Source: Desulfobulbus propionicus DSM 2032
Lineage (GTDB): Bacteria; Desulfobacterota; Desulfobulbia; Desulfobulbales; Desulfobulbaceae
DNA length: 32,000 nt
Direction of reading: 5' to 3'
NCBI RefSeq assembly: GCF_000186885.1
Contig: NC_014972.1
Span: forward strand, 2,100,001 to 2,132,000
Made by a program: the position numbers and the translations under genes
Notes under the pieces: model-generated
The model's database searches: none
Told to the model about the DNA's origin: nothing
Seen by the model: only the letters and a program-made list of their open reading frames with translations
Shown: piece by piece, positions 10,776-20,566 of the stretch
Layout: each line of letters opens with the position of its first letter
Position numbering within the stretch: the stretch's first letter is position 1

Positions 10776-10956
10776 GGGGTTCTCCGCAGTTGTTTTCTGC
10801 CAACAATAAGACGGCCGCGCACGGTTGACAAGCGTGCTTTTCCGGCGATTTCATTTGCTTATTGCGCAAAGGCGGGGCCATGAGTACATTGCCCACATAC
10901 CCGGCGCCCCTCTTTCATCCTCCGCGAGCGCAGACACCGACCTTGGTCTTGACAGT

Positions 10957-11820
10957 ATGTGCATCGATCTCCATACCCATTCCGTCTATTCCGATGGCAG
11001 TTCCACACCGGCCGAGCTGATCGAATTGGCCGTGGCCAATGGGATTTCGGGGCTGGCTCTCACCGACCACGATACGGTCGAGGGAGTGGCCGAGGTCAAG
11101 CGTCTGGGCGAGCAAGCCGGGCTGAGTGTCCTCACCGGGGTGGAGATCAGCACCACCCTGCGCCAACACACCCTGCACATTCTCGGCTATGGCATCGACG
11201 CCGACGATCCCCAGCTGCATCGCTGGCTGCTGCCCCTGCAACAAGGCCGGGAACGGCGCAACGCCATCATCCTCGACAAGCTGCGCGGCCTCGGCATCGA
11301 CATCACCGCCGAGGAAATCCAGGAAATTTCCCGCTGCGGCCAGACCGGCCGCCCCCACATCGCCCGCCTGCTGGTGGCCAAGGGGGTGGTCGACAGTTTC
11401 GAAGCCGCCTTCCGCCTCTATCTCGGCCGCAACAAACCGGCCTGGGAAGGCCGTTTCAGCTACTCCGCCACCGAGGCCATCGACATGATCCATCGGGTGG
11501 GCGGCGTGGCGGTGCTGGCCCATCCCGGCCAATTGGATTCGGAGATGCGGCTGCAACCGCCCCTGATCCGCGAGCTCGCCTTGCGCGGGCTCGACGGCAT
11601 CGAAATCTACTATCCGACCCACACTCGTAAAACGATGAAGAAACTCAAGACCCTCGCCGCAGAACTGGAACTGCTGGCCACCGGGGGCAGCGATTTCCAC
11701 GGCATGACCCGTCCCGCCCATCGCCTGGCCAACCGGGCCAACGGCTTCTGCCCGCCCTGCGCCCTGCTGGAGGCGGTCATTGCCCGCATCGACAAGCAAA
11801 AACGCTCATCTCTTTCCTGA
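10957..11820 (+). CDS. PHP-domain phosphoesterase (TrpH/YciV-like)
   Basis: MCIDLHTHSVYSDGS (PHP motif I), LALTDHDT, AHPG and GGSDFHG. I chose the ATG at 10957 (287 aa), which gives the canonical N-terminus. The track's TTG at 10825 adds a non-conserved leader. Confidence 0.85.
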   Translation: MCIDLHTHSVYSDGSSTPAELIELAVANGISGLALTDHDTVEGVAEVKRLGEQAGLSVLTGVEISTTLRQHTLHILGYGIDADDPQLHRWLLPLQQGRERRNAIILDKLRGLGIDITAEEIQEISRCGQTGRPHIARLLVAKGVVDSFEAAFRLYLGRNKPAWEGRFSYSATEAIDMIHRVGGVAVLAHPGQLDSEMRLQPPLIRELALRGLDGIEIYYPTHTRKTMKKLKTLAAELELLATGGSDFHGMTRPAHRLANRANGFCPPCALLEAVIARIDKQKRSSLS

Positions 11821-11831
11821 AGTGAACCGCC

Positions 11832-13220
<1,389 letters not shown>

Positions 13221-13445
13221 TCGTTGCGTTGCTGCCTGCGGCAGTTTGCGGTTCGACATTATCCTCTCACGGCCACGACCGGTTCCTCTGGTGCGCCCCA
13301 TCTTGCAGCCAAAGAGAGTCAATAATCCGTTGCATCAAGAAATATTCGGACGTTTTTACCCAATCGATGAGGTGACTGTCATGAATTACAGCCATTTCAC
13401 GGAGTGCAGTTTAGTAGATAGATATTCTTTTCAAGTCAATTAAAG

Positions 13446-14174
13446 ATGTGTGAACAAATGATATTATTGGATTTAATAAAGCAACTTATCGACCTTTGTC
13501 CTAATCCATACTCCGACTCTTGGGTGATTGATGGTGGCTGTCATCACGGGCATTTTTCTCGTGAAATAATAACCAGTTTACAACCATCTAATATTTTGTC
13601 ATTTGAACCGGATAGAGACTCTTTCGCTAAAGCAAAAATGAATTTGGACTCTATTTCGAATGTTGAAATTGTGAATGCAGCGATAGGGTCTGAAAAGGGA
13701 ACAGCTGAATTTTTTAGAGGGCCATATTCGTCTACAAATTCTCTGCTACAAAGGCCAGAAGCAAAATCAAAGCAATATTTTCCCAAAGATGCCGTTCTTG
13801 AAGGGGGAACTTTTGTTGATGTTGTTACCCTTGATGAAGAATGTGCATGTAGAGGGATAACGGCTCTGGATTTGTTGAAATTAGACCTTCAGGGTGCTGA
13901 ACTCTCTGCACTTATAGGAGCAAAGAATCTGCTTAGTTCCGGCTTGGTAAAAGTGATCCTTGTCGAAGCTGTATTTGTAAAAAAATACAAGGACCAACCG
14001 TTATTATGGGAACTATGGCGACATCTTGAAGAATATGGTTACACATTGTACTCCTTGGAGCAGATAAAAATTGGGATCTATGATCCTGATGAGTCTGGTT
14101 TAAGAAGCATGCAATGGAATCAATGCGATGCGATCTTCATATCTAAAAAAATTCGCGAACATCTCGACAGGTAA
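13446..14174 (+). CDS. FkbM-family SAM-dependent methyltransferase
   Basis: VIDGGCHHGHFS (SAM-binding loop), SFEPDRDSF, VVTLDEE and DLLKLDLQGAELSAL match the FkbM family pattern (V.TLD ... ID.LK.D.EG.E..VL). The start is uncertain (13446 or 13458) and both lack a good SD. The gene is markedly AT-rich. Confidence 0.75.
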   Translation: MCEQMILLDLIKQLIDLCPNPYSDSWVIDGGCHHGHFSREIITSLQPSNILSFEPDRDSFAKAKMNLDSISNVEIVNAAIGSEKGTAEFFRGPYSSTNSLLQRPEAKSKQYFPKDAVLEGGTFVDVVTLDEECACRGITALDLLKLDLQGAELSALIGAKNLLSSGLVKVILVEAVFVKKYKDQPLLWELWRHLEEYGYTLYSLEQIKIGIYDPDESGLRSMQWNQCDAIFISKKIREHLDR

Positions 14175-14388
14175 TGCATAATCGGGTAAGGGCGGGTTTC
14201 TCTTCTACCATCCCCACACCACCTGGGATGCGGGGGCGCACTGAAATGCCTTTATGGTCCTCTGGGAAAAAGAAAAAATACATTTATAATAACTATCTCC
14301 ATCCGGACCCCGCAAACGACGCGAGTCCGGTGGCCGGACGTTAAGCCCTTGACCAAATCTATTCACATTTGGAAGGAAATATTTCACA

Positions 14389-15135
14389 ATGGACATCCCA
14401 CGGATATTCAACATCACTGAAAGTGCTCACCGCATCCACAACCCGATCACACCCGAAAAACTCGCCACTCTCGGCGCGGCGTTGCGTCTGGAATCGGGGG
14501 CCCGAGTGCTCGACCTCGGCAGCGGTTCAGGGGAGATGCTGTGCACCTGGGCACGCGATCGCGGCATCATCGGCACCGGTATCGACATGAGCCACTTGTT
14601 CACCGAGCACGCGAAACACCGTGCTCTAGAACTCGGCGTCGCCGATCAAGTCACGTTCATCCATGGCGATGCTGCCGGCTATGTCGCTGACGAGAAGGTC
14701 GATTTGGCCGCTTGTGTCGGTGCCACGTGGATCGGCGGGGGAGTCGCTGGTACCATCGAGCTGCTGCAGCGGAGCCTGCGCACCGGAGGAATCATCCTTA
14801 TCGGCGAGCCCTACTGGCGGCAGGTACCGCCGACGGACGATGTTGCCAAGGGCTGTCTTGCTGGCGCAATCTCCGACTTTCTCCTGCTTCCGGAACTGCT
14901 CGCGTCTTTCGGCCACCTTGGCTACGACGTCGTTGAAATGGTTCTGGCTGACCAGGACGGTTGGGACAGATACGAGGCGGCCAAATGGCTCACCATGCGC
15001 CGATGGCTTGAAGCCAACCCAGACGACGAGTTAGCCCAGGAGGTTCGAGCCCAACTGACCTCGGAACCCGAGCGCTACGCCGCTTACACGCGTGAATACC
15101 TGGGCTGGGGTGTGTTCGCGCTGATGCCCCGCTGA
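14389..15135 (+). CDS. Class I SAM-dependent methyltransferase
   Basis: Motif I VLDLGSGSGEM and post-I GIDMS, with a Rossmann-like strand pattern (FIHGDA, LIGEPYW). GC content is host-like. Confidence 0.85.
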   Translation: MDIPRIFNITESAHRIHNPITPEKLATLGAALRLESGARVLDLGSGSGEMLCTWARDRGIIGTGIDMSHLFTEHAKHRALELGVADQVTFIHGDAAGYVADEKVDLAACVGATWIGGGVAGTIELLQRSLRTGGIILIGEPYWRQVPPTDDVAKGCLAGAISDFLLLPELLASFGHLGYDVVEMVLADQDGWDRYEAAKWLTMRRWLEANPDDELAQEVRAQLTSEPERYAAYTREYLGWGVFALMPR

Positions 15136-15169
15136 TGCGTTGGCGCACCCAGAGGATCGTCACCAGCTG

Positions 15170-15209
15170 GGAAAATTACAGGGACAGTAGGAAAATTACA
15201 GGGACAGTA
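15170..15209. repeat. Perfect 2 x 20-bp tandem direct repeat (GGAAAATTACAGGGACAGTA)
   Basis: Read directly from the sequence: 15170-15189 is identical to 15190-15209. The 8-bp palindrome ATACGTAT follows immediately at 15208-15215. The repeat lies in the convergent intergenic region between the methyltransferase gene and pldA. Confidence 0.9.
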
Positions 15210-15317
15210 TACGTATTACCCATCCAACCGTTTCCATACACGTCTTTCCCCTCCCTCCATCACTGCCGTTCGCAGGCCGCAGGAAGTCCGACGAGGTCGG
15301 CTAGACGGTTTGCAACC

Positions 15318-16334
15318 TCACAGCCAGTCGGTCAGTGACAGCCCGACGCCCACCCGGTTGACATACTGGTCATAATCGACCAGGCTTTCGCCATAGCCGT
15401 TGTAATACTGCACATAGCCGCGCAGGAAGGGCCAATCGCCCATGGGAAAACTCCAGCTGAACTGGAACGAACCGCGGTGGTAGTTGGACTCCAGGGCGTT
15501 GCGGGTCATCAGGCTGAAGGTGTGGTCGTCCCACTTGTAGGTGGCGCCGAGTTCGTAATGTCCCATGTACTTGGTGATATCCGGGTTGTCGTCGTCGCCT
15601 TCGCTCTCCGGGATGCGGTACCAGGGGGTGGCGATGAACCCGAGGTTGCCGTATTCAAACACCAGGGAGGCGAACAGCCGGTTCCAACTGCGCGACAGGG
15701 CGCTGCTCTGGCCGTTGGATTGGTGGTTGATGCCAAACGAATTGCTGGCATTGACGATGCCCAGTAGTTCCCAGCGGGGGTTGAACTGCACCCAAATCTC
15801 CGGCTCGTGGTTGGTTTCGCGGAAGGCCGCGGAAATGTCGTCGTTGTAGACCTGCCAGAAGCTGTGGTTGGTGTAGGCGGCAAAGATGTCGGTGGAATCG
15901 TCGAACAGTCCCACCACCAGCGGCGTCTTGATGCTGATCTGGAACTGGGCTTCCACCGAATCGAAATCATAGGTGCTGTCGCCGTTGGCCTTGCGATGGT
16001 GCTCGGCATTGTAGCCCTTTGAATTCCACGCTCCCGGCAGGATGTAATTGGGCCGGTGTGGCATGATGCTGAACGGCCGGAGCACGTTCTTCTTTTCCGC
16101 TTCCAGCCGCTGTTCCACCGCGCCTTTGCGGTCGGGGAGGCCGCGCTCGACACCGACCGCGTTTTGCAGACACTGCCGACGCAGGTCGCCGACGGTGACA
16201 CTGTCATCGGCCGTGGCCAGCTTGCTCTGCACGCATTCGTCCAGCGCATTGGCATCGGCCAAGCCGGCAGTGGAGAGGAAAACGATCAAGGCAGCGGTTC
16301 CGGCTGCACTCAGGGAAAAAGCAAGAGATCTCAT
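15318..16334 (-). CDS. pldA: Outer-membrane phospholipase A (OMPLA)
   Basis: HRPNYILPG, FQISIKTPL and the catalytic region GINHQSNGQS...SRSWNR (His-Ser-Asn triad context) are typical PldA. Signal peptide MRSLAFSLSAAGTAALIVFLSTAGLADA. I chose the ATG at 16334 (AGGA 8 nt upstream). 16343 is an alternative. The track's 16592 start runs through the upstream small ORFs. Confidence 0.85.
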   Translation of the reverse strand: MRSLAFSLSAAGTAALIVFLSTAGLADANALDECVQSKLATADDSVTVGDLRRQCLQNAVGVERGLPDRKGAVEQRLEAEKKNVLRPFSIMPHRPNYILPGAWNSKGYNAEHHRKANGDSTYDFDSVEAQFQISIKTPLVVGLFDDSTDIFAAYTNHSFWQVYNDDISAAFRETNHEPEIWVQFNPRWELLGIVNASNSFGINHQSNGQSSALSRSWNRLFASLVFEYGNLGFIATPWYRIPESEGDDDNPDITKYMGHYELGATYKWDDHTFSLMTRNALESNYHRGSFQFSWSFPMGDWPFLRGYVQYYNGYGESLVDYDQYVNRVGVGLSLTDWL

Positions 16335-16389
16335 AAGGAACATCCTGATGGTGGAAACGAAACAAGCAAAGCCATTGTCCGGAAAAACC

Positions 16390-16608
16390 TCAGCGCCGGT
16401 TGAGGTTGCAGGATTGGACCTGGGCGAGGATGGTGCGCAAGGTCTGGAAAAAGATCGCGGCTTCCGGGTCATCCGGATGCAGCTCCCGCCGCTGCTCGTA
16501 GCGGGCAAAAAGCTGCGCCAGCACCTGAAAGGGCTGATCCTCTTCCAGCGCCCCAAGCATTTCCCAAACATCGGTGGTGTTGATTTCAGCATTCTTCATG
16601 GTCGCCAT
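16390..16608 (-). CDS. Small hypothetical protein (about 70 aa, helical, no family recognised)
   Basis: The ORF lies in the folD-to-pldA co-oriented string and overlaps the stop of the upstream zinc-ribbon ORF by 14-41 nt depending on the start chosen (16599, 16608 or 16626). The sequence is MKNAEINTTDVWEMLGALEEDQPFQVLAQLFARYEQRRELHPDDPEAAIFFQ. Coding status is not proven. Confidence 0.4.
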   Translation of the reverse strand: MATMKNAEINTTDVWEMLGALEEDQPFQVLAQLFARYEQRRELHPDDPEAAIFFQTLRTILAQVQSCNLNRR

Positions 16609-16780
16609 CCGTGTTTTCCAGGGCATCGGTGCCCGCCGCCGGTTCCTCGTCGATCACATAGCCCACGCCGCAGCAGGCCGGGCATTCCTCGCGGGTAATG
16701 AAAAACCGGCTCTCGCCCTGAAAATATCCGATCTCGCCGCTGCCGCCGCAGGTGTTGCACACCTTTTTTTGTTCATCCAT
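16586..16780 (-). CDS. Small DnaJ-type zinc-finger protein (2 x CxxCxGxG) with acidic tail
   Basis: CNTCGGSG and CPACCGVG are two CxxCxGxG motifs 23 residues apart. The C-terminus is acidic (DEEPAAGTDALENTDGDHEEC). The ORF starts 23 nt after the folD stop on the same strand. Confidence 0.55.
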   Translation of the reverse strand: MDEQKKVCNTCGGSGEIGYFQGESRFFITREECPACCGVGYVIDEEPAAGTDALENTDGDHEEC

Positions 16781-16803
16781 GGCACCGCGCCCCCGTGGAT
16801 TGC

Positions 16804-17691
16804 CTACTCGATCCCCGCCGCCTGCTTGGCGGCCTGGAGGGTGTTTTTCATCAGCATGGTGATGGTCATCGGGCCGACGCCGCCGGGCACCGGGGTAATG
16901 GCGCCGGCCTTGCCGACCACCGAATCGAAATCGACATCACCGGCGAGGAGGGCCTTGCCGCTCTCCGTTTGACCAATGCGGTTGACGCCGACATCGATAA
17001 TTACCGCGCCCTCCTTGATCTGATCGCCCTTAATCATCTTGGCCACCCCGGCGGCCACGATCAGGATGTCGGCACGGCGGGTGTGGAAGGCCATGTCGCG
17101 GGTGCGGGTATGGCAGATGGTCACCGTGGCGTTGCCGCCGGCCCGCTTCTGCAGCATCAGGTTGGCGATCGGCTTGCCGACGATGTTGGAGCGGCCGACC
17201 ACCACCACCTCGGCGCCCGAGGTTTCGGTGCCGGAGCGCTGCAACAGTTCGAGGATGCCATGCGGGGTGCAGGGCAGGAAGCAGCGTTCGCCGAGCATCA
17301 TCTTGCCGACGTTGACCGGGTGAAAGCCGTCCACATCCTTGTCCGGATCGATGGCGAACAACACCTTGGCCTCGTCGATGTGGCGCGGCAGGGGCAGTTG
17401 CACCAGAATGCCGTGGATAGCCGGATTGCGGTTGTAGTCAGCAACAATGCCCAGCAGTTCGGCCTCGCTGGTGGCGGCGGGCAGGGTCACCTGCTCGGAA
17501 TGGATGCCCAAGGCATGGGCGGTCTTGTTCTTGGCGGCCACGTAGGATTGGGAGGCAGGGTCCTCGCCGACCAGGATGGTCACCAGCCCGGGTACCAGCC
17601 CATGGGCGGTTTTGAGGCGGGCAACTTCGGCGGCGATCTCTTCGCGAATGGCCTTGGCGGTTTCACTACCGCTGATGATCTGTGCAGGCAT
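16804..17691 (-). CDS. folD: Bifunctional methylenetetrahydrofolate dehydrogenase / methenyl-THF cyclohydrolase
   Basis: ILVGEDPASQSYV..K, GILVQLPLP, PCTP.G and VVVGRSNIVGKP, ending in PVPGGVGPMT. All are FolD hallmarks. I chose the ATG at 17691 (MPAQIISG...), giving 295 aa. Confidence 0.95.
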   Translation of the reverse strand: MPAQIISGSETAKAIREEIAAEVARLKTAHGLVPGLVTILVGEDPASQSYVAAKNKTAHALGIHSEQVTLPAATSEAELLGIVADYNRNPAIHGILVQLPLPRHIDEAKVLFAIDPDKDVDGFHPVNVGKMMLGERCFLPCTPHGILELLQRSGTETSGAEVVVVGRSNIVGKPIANLMLQKRAGGNATVTICHTRTRDMAFHTRRADILIVAAGVAKMIKGDQIKEGAVIIDVGVNRIGQTESGKALLAGDVDFDSVVGKAGAITPVPGGVGPMTITMLMKNTLQAAKQAAGIE

Positions 17692-17906
17692 GATGCAATA
17701 GCGCGGGAAAAATTCAATCAGGGGGCCAACGGCCCGGTCGTGTTTAAAACACACAACCTAGCACAACGGTTGATTTTTTCAAGGTGAGACTGGGAAATTC
17801 ACCGATCCGTGCACCATCTTTGCCCGCGATGTGCGCCAGGGAACCTGCCGGGAACAGCACCGGCCAATCGGCACCATCCACCACGCTGTCCTGGTAAACG
17901 GGGGGA

Positions 17907-18785
17907 TTACAGGTAGTCCATCAGACTGAGCGACGAAACCCGGGCCGTGACCTGCATGGTGGCTTCCAACGAGGTTTCCATCTTGGCGATTTCGGCAAGC
18001 ACTTCGGTGAGATCGGCGTCCTGGTGACGGGAAAGCGTGGTCTTGAGCAACAAGAGCGCATTCTCATGCATACTGATCATGTCGTCCATACGGGCACTGG
18101 TGTTGCCAAGCGCGCTCTGCTGGGCGCGGACCTGTTCCGCCGCCGCCTCCAGCGGGGTCAGCATGGCGGAAACATCGGCGCTGCTGCCGCTGGTCAGCGC
18201 GGTCTGCAAATCCTCCAGGGTGGTGAACAGGTTGATCGGACTCATGAACAGGTCGTCGCCGGTGATATTCTTGGCCACCGTGGTGCCGGGACTGATCTCG
18301 ATCATCTGCTGGTCGCCGGTGCCGTTGTAGGTGACCGGCGAACCGGAAAAAGGCACGGTCTGATCGTTGTACCCGGCAAAGATGTATTTGCCGGAGATCT
18401 GGGTATTGGCCAGGTCGAGCAGTTCCTGGTACAGCTGGCTGATCTCGTCGGCCAGGGTGGCCTTGTCCGCGGTGGACAGGCTGTCGTTGGCTCCGGCCAC
18501 GGCGATCTCCTTGGCCCGGGTCATCAGGCCCTCGATCGAGTCGATGGAGATCTCCGCATTGGCGAGACTATCCTGGACATGCTTGCAGTTTTCCACATAA
18601 CGTTCGCCCTTGACGATATCCGAACGGCAGCCGAGGATCGACCCGACCGAGGAAGGGTTGTCCGAAGCCTTGGCCACCGCCGTACCGGTCGAGGAGGTGA
18701 CATACAGTTCGTTAAGGATGGTGGAGGTTTTGCCCAGATTGGTCTGTAGGGAGCGATAGGCGGTGGCGTCTCGGGTGATGATCAT
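17907..18785 (-). CDS. flgL: Flagellar hook-associated protein 3 (hook-filament junction)
   Basis: Flagellin-like N-terminal helix (MIITRDATAYRSLQTNLGK..., DNPSS) and C-terminal helix (RAQQSALGNTSARMD...). It lies directly after flgK. The ATG at 18785 is preferred. The GTG at 18797 (4-nt overlap with flgK) is the alternative. Confidence 0.85.
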   Translation of the reverse strand: MIITRDATAYRSLQTNLGKTSTILNELYVTSSTGTAVAKASDNPSSVGSILGCRSDIVKGERYVENCKHVQDSLANAEISIDSIEGLMTRAKEIAVAGANDSLSTADKATLADEISQLYQELLDLANTQISGKYIFAGYNDQTVPFSGSPVTYNGTGDQQMIEISPGTTVAKNITGDDLFMSPINLFTTLEDLQTALTSGSSADVSAMLTPLEAAAEQVRAQQSALGNTSARMDDMISMHENALLLLKTTLSRHQDADLTEVLAEIAKMETSLEATMQVTARVSSLSLMDYL

Positions 18786-18793
18786 GGCGAATC

Positions 18794-20191
18794 TCACATG
18801 CGCAAGAGAGTGTCGAGCATTTCCTTGACCACGGAAATGTAGTTGGAGGCCGCTTCATACCCGGCCTGATACTGAATCAGCAGCACCATCTCCTCGTCGG
18901 TGGACACGCCGGAGACGGCATCGCGTTTGGAGTTGAGCGCATCCAGCAGATCGCCACTGGAGCTGAGCAGTTGTTCGTTGCTGCTCACCAACAGGCCGGC
19001 ATTGGCCGCGATCCGCGCATATTCCTCGGCATAGGTCGCGCCGTTGATGCTTGTGGTATCGCGCAGGGCGGCGATTTCCAGGCAAAGGCTGTTGTCAGCC
19101 GTGGTCCCGGTGATGCCGGCGGCGATCAGGGTCGGATCGTCGAAAGCGGCGGCGATGGAGGCCGCCGCCCCGTCCCAGGCATTGGCCAAGGGGTTGGTGG
19201 GAGCGACCAGGGAAAACAGGGCAATGGCCGCGTTGCCGTTCTGATCGAGACCGCCCATGGTCGAAATCAGATCGTTGACATCGGTGGCGATGGTGTAGGC
19301 CAGCCGGTCGAGGTCACTGTGCAGCTCGGGAAGCGTGACGTCGCGCACTTCAAGCCATCCCTTCAATGCGCCGCCGAAGTCCTGATCATCGAGACTGAAC
19401 GTGGTTCCGGCGCTGGTCAGGCTGATCTGGGTCAGACCGTCGACCTGGGCGGTGGAGAACGAGGCGGCGACATTGCCGGTCACCAGCGGCAGGCCGTTTT
19501 GCAGTTGCAGGCACACCATGCCGTTGTCGTCGGTATAGGCGGCGGCGCCGCAGGTTTCACTCGCCTGCTGCACCAACAGGTCGCGCTGGTCGCGCAGGGT
19601 GTTGGCGTCGCCGCCGGCCAGTTCGGTCCGCATGATCGATTGGTTGAGGTCGGCGATCTGCCGCAACTGATCGTTGAGGTCCGGAATGGCCGATTCGATG
19701 CTGGTGTTGATGCCGCTGACCACCTCATCGAGCTGTTGTGCGATCTGATTGCAGTGGTATGCCAGATCAGCTGCCTCCTGGACAACCTGCTGCCGTTCGG
19801 CCACCCCGGAAGGGTTGGTGCTCAGCTCTTCCCAGGCATCGAAAAAACTGTCGATGGCACTGGCAAGGCCCGTATCGCCGATGTCCAGAATCCGCTCGAT
19901 GTCCGCCAGCGGCGTGCTGGCCGCCTCGTATTGGCCGTAGGTGGCGCTCTGGGCCATCAATTGCCTGGTGATGAAAGCGTCGTTGGCCCGATCAATGGCA
20001 TCCACCGCGCTGCCGGTCCCATAGGTCAGCCCCCCCTGGGTCAACGGGGTCGAACTGGTGACATGGGCGGTCTGCCGCGAGTATCCCTCGGTGGCGGCAT
20101 TGGTGATGTTGTTGCCTGTGACCTGGATGGCCGTCTGGCTGGTGAATATGCCGCTGGCCCCGGTGTAGAGGGACGTGATCAGGCTGCCCAC
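18794..20191 (-). CDS. flgK: Flagellar hook-associated protein 1
   Basis: The N-terminus SLYTGASGIFTSQTAIQVTGNNITNAATEGYSRQ is the conserved FlgK/rod-hook N-domain motif. The C-terminus is GVSTDEEMVLLIQYQAGYEAASNYISVVKEMLDTLL. The start codon is GTG. Confidence 0.92.
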   Translation of the reverse strand: MGSLITSLYTGASGIFTSQTAIQVTGNNITNAATEGYSRQTAHVTSSTPLTQGGLTYGTGSAVDAIDRANDAFITRQLMAQSATYGQYEAASTPLADIERILDIGDTGLASAIDSFFDAWEELSTNPSGVAERQQVVQEAADLAYHCNQIAQQLDEVVSGINTSIESAIPDLNDQLRQIADLNQSIMRTELAGGDANTLRDQRDLLVQQASETCGAAAYTDDNGMVCLQLQNGLPLVTGNVAASFSTAQVDGLTQISLTSAGTTFSLDDQDFGGALKGWLEVRDVTLPELHSDLDRLAYTIATDVNDLISTMGGLDQNGNAAIALFSLVAPTNPLANAWDGAAASIAAAFDDPTLIAAGITGTTADNSLCLEIAALRDTTSINGATYAEEYARIAANAGLLVSSNEQLLSSSGDLLDALNSKRDAVSGVSTDEEMVLLIQYQAGYEAASNYISVVKEMLDTLLRM

Positions 20192-20193
20192 GG

Positions 20194-20550
20194 CTAAACG
20201 CTCCGGCTGAGCAGGCGCGGACCGGCGCCGATCTGCAGGGAACGGCCATGGGCCGCATAGGTTAGGGCCAGGCGGCGAAAGACATTGTCTTGCAGGCGGC
20301 GAACCAGCTTCAGGCCGGATTCGAGCAGCCTGCGATTGCGTTCGTTGTTGGCCTGTATGCGACCGATGAGTTCGGTGCTCTCCTGGTCAACAGGCTGTTT
20401 GATTCGGTTGAGCAGCTTGAGCAGCCGGGTCTTTTCCTGCTGGATTTCGTCAAGCTGTGCCATGCGCAGATGGGTGATCGCTTGGCGTTCCCTGAGCAGC
20501 AGATCGTTGAGCGCCAGGAGAAATGTATTCAAAGATGACCCAGAATCCAT
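20194..20550 (-). CDS. FlgN-like flagellar export chaperone (tentative)
   Basis: A 118-aa helical protein (LLALNDLLLRERQAITHLRMAQLDEIQQEKTRLLKLL) placed immediately upstream of flgK, where flgN normally sits. Good SD AAGGGAG. The family call is by position and composition only. Confidence 0.45.
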   Translation of the reverse strand: MDSGSSLNTFLLALNDLLLRERQAITHLRMAQLDEIQQEKTRLLKLLNRIKQPVDQESTELIGRIQANNERNRRLLESGLKLVRRLQDNVFRRLALTYAAHGRSLQIGAGPRLLSRSV

Positions 20551-20566
20551 TGTTTATGCTCCCTTG

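Noticed and set aside
10844-10858. A sigma-54-like element, GGCGATTTCATTTGC, lies in the cbbQ/PHP divergent intergenic region.
   Set aside because: The GG and GC dinucleotides are separated by 11 nt rather than the required 10. The -24 element is GGCG rather than GGCAC.
13384-15181. AATTACAG is shared between the left edge of the AT-rich patch (13384-13391) and the tandem repeat (15174-15181). These could be att-like direct repeats flanking a two-methyltransferase island.
   Set aside because: An 8-bp match is expected by chance about once in a window of this size. No recombinase gene is present.
17692-17906. A possible ZTP (pfl) or folate-type riboswitch in the folD leader, prompted by a CUGGCG on the minus strand (17839-17834).
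   Set aside because: No partner CCGCCUGGGC-like 3' subdomain or matching helices can be found. A single hexamer match is not evidence.
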